A DNA stretch of 64,000 nucleotides from Negaprion brevirostris (taxonomy: Eukaryota): contig JARDVH010000042.1 in NCBI GenBank assembly GCA_030324005.1, positions 66,634,462 to 66,698,461 on the forward strand, in the 5' to 3' direction. Shown piece after piece: positions 63,473-64,000 of this stretch. Position 1 is the stretch's first letter. Every line of letters starts with the position of its first letter. A program made the position numbers and the translations under genes. The notes beneath the pieces were generated by a model. The model was given only the letters and a program-made list of their open reading frames with translations, was not told where the DNA came from and made no database searches.

Positions 63473-64000
63473 ATGCCTCGTCCGGGGAAAAATTCCTACA
63501 GTGATCAGAAGCCTCCTTACTCGTACATCTCACTGACTGCGATGGCCATCCAGAGTTCTGCGGAGAAGATGCTCCCCTTGAGTGAGATTTACAAATTTAT
63601 CATGGACAGGTTTCCTTATTACAGAGAGAACACTCAGCGGTGGCAGAATTCTCTCCGCCACAATCTCTCCTTCAACGACTGTTTCATCAAGATCCCGCGC
63701 AGACCCGACCAGCCAGGCAAAGGCAGTTTCTGGGCTCTCCACCCCGACTGTGGAGACATGTTCGAGAATGGAAGCTTCCTCCGCCGTCGTAAGAGGTTTA
63801 AGGTGCACCGCTCAGAACACTTGTCCGCCAAAAATTCGCAAATGATCCATTATTTTCAACACCACCACCACCACCAGCAGCAGCAACAAGCCAAGTTGGG
63901 GTTGGCCACACCGGAGACGGCCCCAGGTATGGGGCGCCTGCCCCAGTTCCAGCCCTATGGAGTCAACGGGCCCCAGTCCACTGGATTTAAACACCCGTTT
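63473..64000 (+). CDS. foxb2: Forkhead box protein B2, 5' part (176 codons, open at window end)
   Basis: Manual translation from ATG 63473: [143 protein letters not shown]...[10 protein letters not shown]...GFKHPF. It has a complete FoxB-class forkhead domain. GK at positions 5-6, SAEK, HPDC, MIHYF and GRLPQF match FOXB2 rather than FOXB1. GFKHPF leads into the eh1 motif (FAIENII in FoxB proteins). Confidence 0.93.
   Translation, partial: MPRPGKNSYSDQKPPYSYISLTAMAIQSSAEKMLPLSEIYKFIMDRFPYYRENTQRWQNSLRHNLSFNDCFIKIPRRPDQPGKGSFWALHPDCGDMFENGSFLRRRKRFKVHRSEHLSAKNSQMIHYFQHHHHHQQQQQAKLGLATPETAPGMGRLPQFQPYGVNGPQSTGFKHPF
63860..63889 (+). repeat. Coding (CAC)5(CAG)3(CAA)2 tract encoding His5Gln5
   Basis: caccaccaccaccaccagcagcagcaacaa, in frame in foxb2. 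Confidence 0.95.

Larger units (their letters stand above)
60746..64000. promoter_or_regulatory. CpG-rich, TE-free promoter domain of foxb2
   Basis: CpG is visibly abundant here compared with the CpG-depleted flanks, and no recognisable repeats are present. It lies directly upstream of and over the foxb2 CDS. Confidence 0.75.

Noticed and set aside
63530-63994. Antisense and alternative-frame ORFs over foxb2
   Set aside because: They are shadows of the real forkhead CDS with no independent signal.

Overview
This is repeat-rich eukaryotic DNA from a cartilaginous fish (shark), judged from HE1/V-SINEs, CR1 (HER1-type) LINEs, Penelope-like elements and Rex-Babar. It has many N gaps. Most of the window is intergenic sequence upstream of one developmental gene. 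The only supportable protein-coding gene is foxb2 (+ strand, ATG at 63473). It runs open to the window end and is missing from the supplied ORF track. It sits in a CpG-rich promoter domain (~60746-64000). The rest is nested, decayed mobile DNA (CR1, a Zenon-like CR1-group LINE, L2, Rex-Babar, Penelope with hammerhead remnants, PIF/Harbinger transposase fragments and MITEs, several SINE types) plus TE-poor blocks that look like conserved enhancers. The most notable observations are: a probably inverted contig or real inversion (56302-59814), a V-SINE variant whose tail resembles a Rex-Babar tail, a 24-bp Penelope micro-insertion with a 17-bp target duplication, a SINE-derived long hairpin, an orphan CpG-rich island at ~8.2-9.6 kb, and a possible 5'UTR intron or overlapping uORF in foxb2. 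I found no convincing novel multi-gene system. Repeat boundaries are approximate and family names come from motif recognition, not database searches.
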